NCBI GenBank assembly: GCA_010909165.1
Contig: MU008165.1
Coordinates: forward strand, 248,001 to 312,000
Reading direction: 5' to 3'
DNA length: 64,000 bases
Origin: Anthoceros angustus
Taxonomy: Eukaryota > Plantae > Anthocerotophyta
The notes under the pieces were generated by a model. The model did no database searches. It saw only the letters and a list, made by a program, of their open reading frames with translations, and had not been told where the DNA came from. Every line of letters starts with the position of its first letter. Within the stretch, counting starts at the first letter, position 1. A program made the translations under genes and the position numbers. Of this stretch, positions 61,380-64,000 are shown one piece after another.

Positions 61380-62200
61380 AGCATGTGGTGGAGAAAACGC
61401 GCACAAATGTGCGGGAAGGAAGGACGAATGGCGGTGGGGACAAGGCGTATGGAACCCGACATGGAGAGGGACGCCACGAGGTGAACGCGATCAACCATGG
61501 GAGGACAGACATCAAGGCAGTGTGGTAGGCCATGGAGCACCAAATGATGTAACAAAACAAAACAGGGTGCGACGAGAAGGAAACGCTTACGGTGGGGCAA
61601 ACGATGACAAGCGGGCAGCCGTGGGCATGACCGACATCGCCGACTATGGCGAGGCGATGAGGTGGTGGTCAGCGACACCACGAACGGCCGTGGTTGTGGC
61701 GTAACATAGCGATGGTCATGATCGTGGGGGCATGGTGGGGCATGGTGACTCGGGAAACGGGGCAACGAAGAACATGGTAGGGAGAGGGGCGTCACGAGGT
61801 GAGCGATCAACCATGGGAGGACAGGACATCAAGGCGGTGGTAGGCCATGGAGCACCAAATGATGAACAAAACAGTGCGGCCGGCGAGAAGGAAACGCTTA
61901 CACGGTGGGGCAAACTCGTGACGGTGTCAGGGCAGCGAGGGCAAGCGGCATGGCCGACTATGGCGAGGCGATGAGGTGGTGGTCAGCGACACCACGAGCG
62001 TGGTTGTGGCGAACATAGCGATGGTCATGATCGTGGGGGCATGGTGGGGCATGGTGACTCGGGGGCAGGGCAACGAAGAACATGGTAGGGAGAGGCGTCG
62101 GTATAAGTGAGTTGTACATGGGGCCGGTACACATCCGTGGAATGGCGATGCAGGACATCAAGGCCGGTAGTGGCGCAACAGATGGGCGGGATGGACAATG
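61380..62200. repeat. Degenerate ~310-330 bp internal repeats, 2-3 copies
   Basis: CATCAAGGC..TGGTAGGCCATGGAGCACCAAATGATG and GGCGATGAGGTGGTGGTCAGCGACACCACGA each recur. Confidence 0.7.
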
Positions 62201-64000
62201 GAGGCGAGGGGGGGACCGTGGGGTGACGACATGTGCGCAATGGTGCCAAAAACGCTTTCTCGGCGGGCGGGGAATGGAGGCGCGAGATGTAAATGAGACA
62301 TCATCACGGGATCCAGCAGCCTCCAATGGAGATCGACGCGGCCACGACATGGTGACGATGAGGAAGAGCAGGAGGTGGCGGAAGAGGATGGAGATGTGAA
62401 CGCGCCTGCGAACTTTGTACACATACCGCCGAGCCGATGCCGAGAGCATGGACCGCATGGGCTCCAAAAGGTGACGCAACCTATGGAGGATGGAGGAGGC
62501 CTAAGAGGAAAGGAAGGGAATGCCCAAGGCGATGGGGAAGGAAGAGTTATCCCGAGGGTCAGTGGCAGCCCAAGGAACGGTGACAAGCACGCAATCGAGG
62601 CGAAGTGGGCGGAAACAAAACAAAGAGAAGGCCGAGAAGGTAAGCACGCAAATTGCAACCGCACTCGCCACCGCTTGTGCTTACAGCCAAGGGCCATGGG
62701 AATGGCATGTGGTCATATGTTCTTGCAAAATTGTGAAACAGGTGGAATCGCGAGTCAGACGGAAGGAAAAACCAGCACGCTTGAGGAAGGGAAGGGCAAA
62801 ATCAGAACCGTGTGGAGGTGCAGTTCCATACGACGAGGAGTAGGCCTTCACTGAAACGAGAACGGGCGGGGCAACAGAGAATGCCAACCACAACCCCAAA
62901 TTCACCCCTCCCGCGCGAGGAGGGAGCACGGTAGGTCGCGGATGGAGATTGCGGTTCATTCCTCGCCGACGAGAGCACGGACACCGGATGCGGATGCCGT
63001 AGATTCATCCCGCTACGAGGAGGACGCCAATTTTGGATGTGGATGCGGCAAAGAACCGGCATGTTATCTGTAGGGTGCGAAACTACGCCTTCGTTGTTCT
63101 TGTGGTATAAGGGTTTCCAAAACAAGTACCCTATACGGGACGCCCACAAGGGCAAAATACGAGTGACGTGAAAGGCACCGCAGTAATAGGGTGGAAACAA
63201 AGCGTAAAATTTGCAGGTGCACCGTATTGCAAAACGGAGTGCACAACACGGATACCACTTGTAATGTACATAATTTGAAAAGGCATCGATATGTATTTGA
63301 GTAATGACATCGGGCAATACGTGCACGGAAGCCAAGGCATATTATATACTTATAGTCCGTACACGATAACAATAAAGGCGGGGAAAACAAAGGAATGAAA
63401 GCAATAATGGCAAACCCACATGGGAAGGAGGTTCGTACCAAGCCTCGCAAAATCAGAATAAAAGAAGGTGTAACACTTTGGTTGTTGCAAATATGTTGAA
63501 ATTTTGAAAGGGCCAAATACCGCCTCTCACTACATCGCAACAAAATTGCAACAAGATCAGAATGCTGATTGTAACAAGATGGAGGGTTGGTTACCAAGCT
63601 CGACTGTAATAAGGCCAAATAAGTGTAACAAGACCCCAAGATTTTAACATAATTGCAACAAGGGGGGGTTCGAATCTTAACAAAAAGTGTAACATAGGCG
63701 GCCTTTTCTAGTAGGGATGCGAGACCACTTTCACCACCCACAAGCCAACTCCACAACAACATGCGTAAGGTCTTGTTAATTAAGGTTGGAAGAGTCGTTT
63801 CCAAACCACTCTCTCCGGATTCCCTCCTTTCATAATGCGAGCCTAGTTTTACTATCCACAAACAAGACAAACTTCTCTCCACTCTCTCGGGACTTCCCTC
63901 TTTCACAATGCGAGCCTAGTTTTACTATGCACTAGCCAGCTCTGGACACAACAACATGAGTTAGTTCATGTCGATTAAGCTTGGAAGAGTCTTCCACACA

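Larger units (their letters stand above)
53166..63716 (+). mobile_element. CACTA/CMC DNA transposon with CCCTA termini, 10,551 bp
   Basis: 29-bp TIRs CCCTACTAGAAA(T/A)GGCC(C/G)CCTATGTTACA at 53166-53194 and 63688-63716; 3-bp TSD ATG (53163-53165, 63717-63719); subterminal TGTAAC/GTTACA motifs; internal TnpD-like remnants. Confidence 0.92.

Overview
Eukaryotic nuclear DNA from a non-seed land plant. A hornwort is the most likely source, inferred from a PPR-DYW:KP protein ending in GRP. No prokaryotic systems, rRNA, tRNA or CRISPR-cas are visible. Host genes lie in the left ~28 kb: a 4-exon U11/U12-48K (SNRNP48) gene; two divergent PR-1/CAP genes on an inverted duplication, plus an orphan third promoter copy; and a PLS-class PPR gene with E1-E2-DYW:KP(GRP), the class linked to reverse U-to-C organellar editing. 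The PPR gene carries an N-terminal OSB-type PDF (ssDNA-binding) motif, which is the most unusual item in the window. Mobile DNA with readable boundaries: a young Copia element with non-canonical TATA...TATA LTR ends (TSD GAACT), 5'-truncated L1-like and CRE/RLE-like LINEs in one PR-1 arm (both with TSDs and an empty paralogous site), a Tc1/mariner-like MITE, and a 10.5-kb CACTA/CMC element with CCCTA termini (TSD ATG). A ~21-kb region (30-50.7 kb) holds a decayed Sola2-like DDD transposase and a convergent second gene that shares its C-terminal domain. Small deletion-biased indels are frequent, so many frameshifts may be long-read consensus errors rather than true pseudogenisation.
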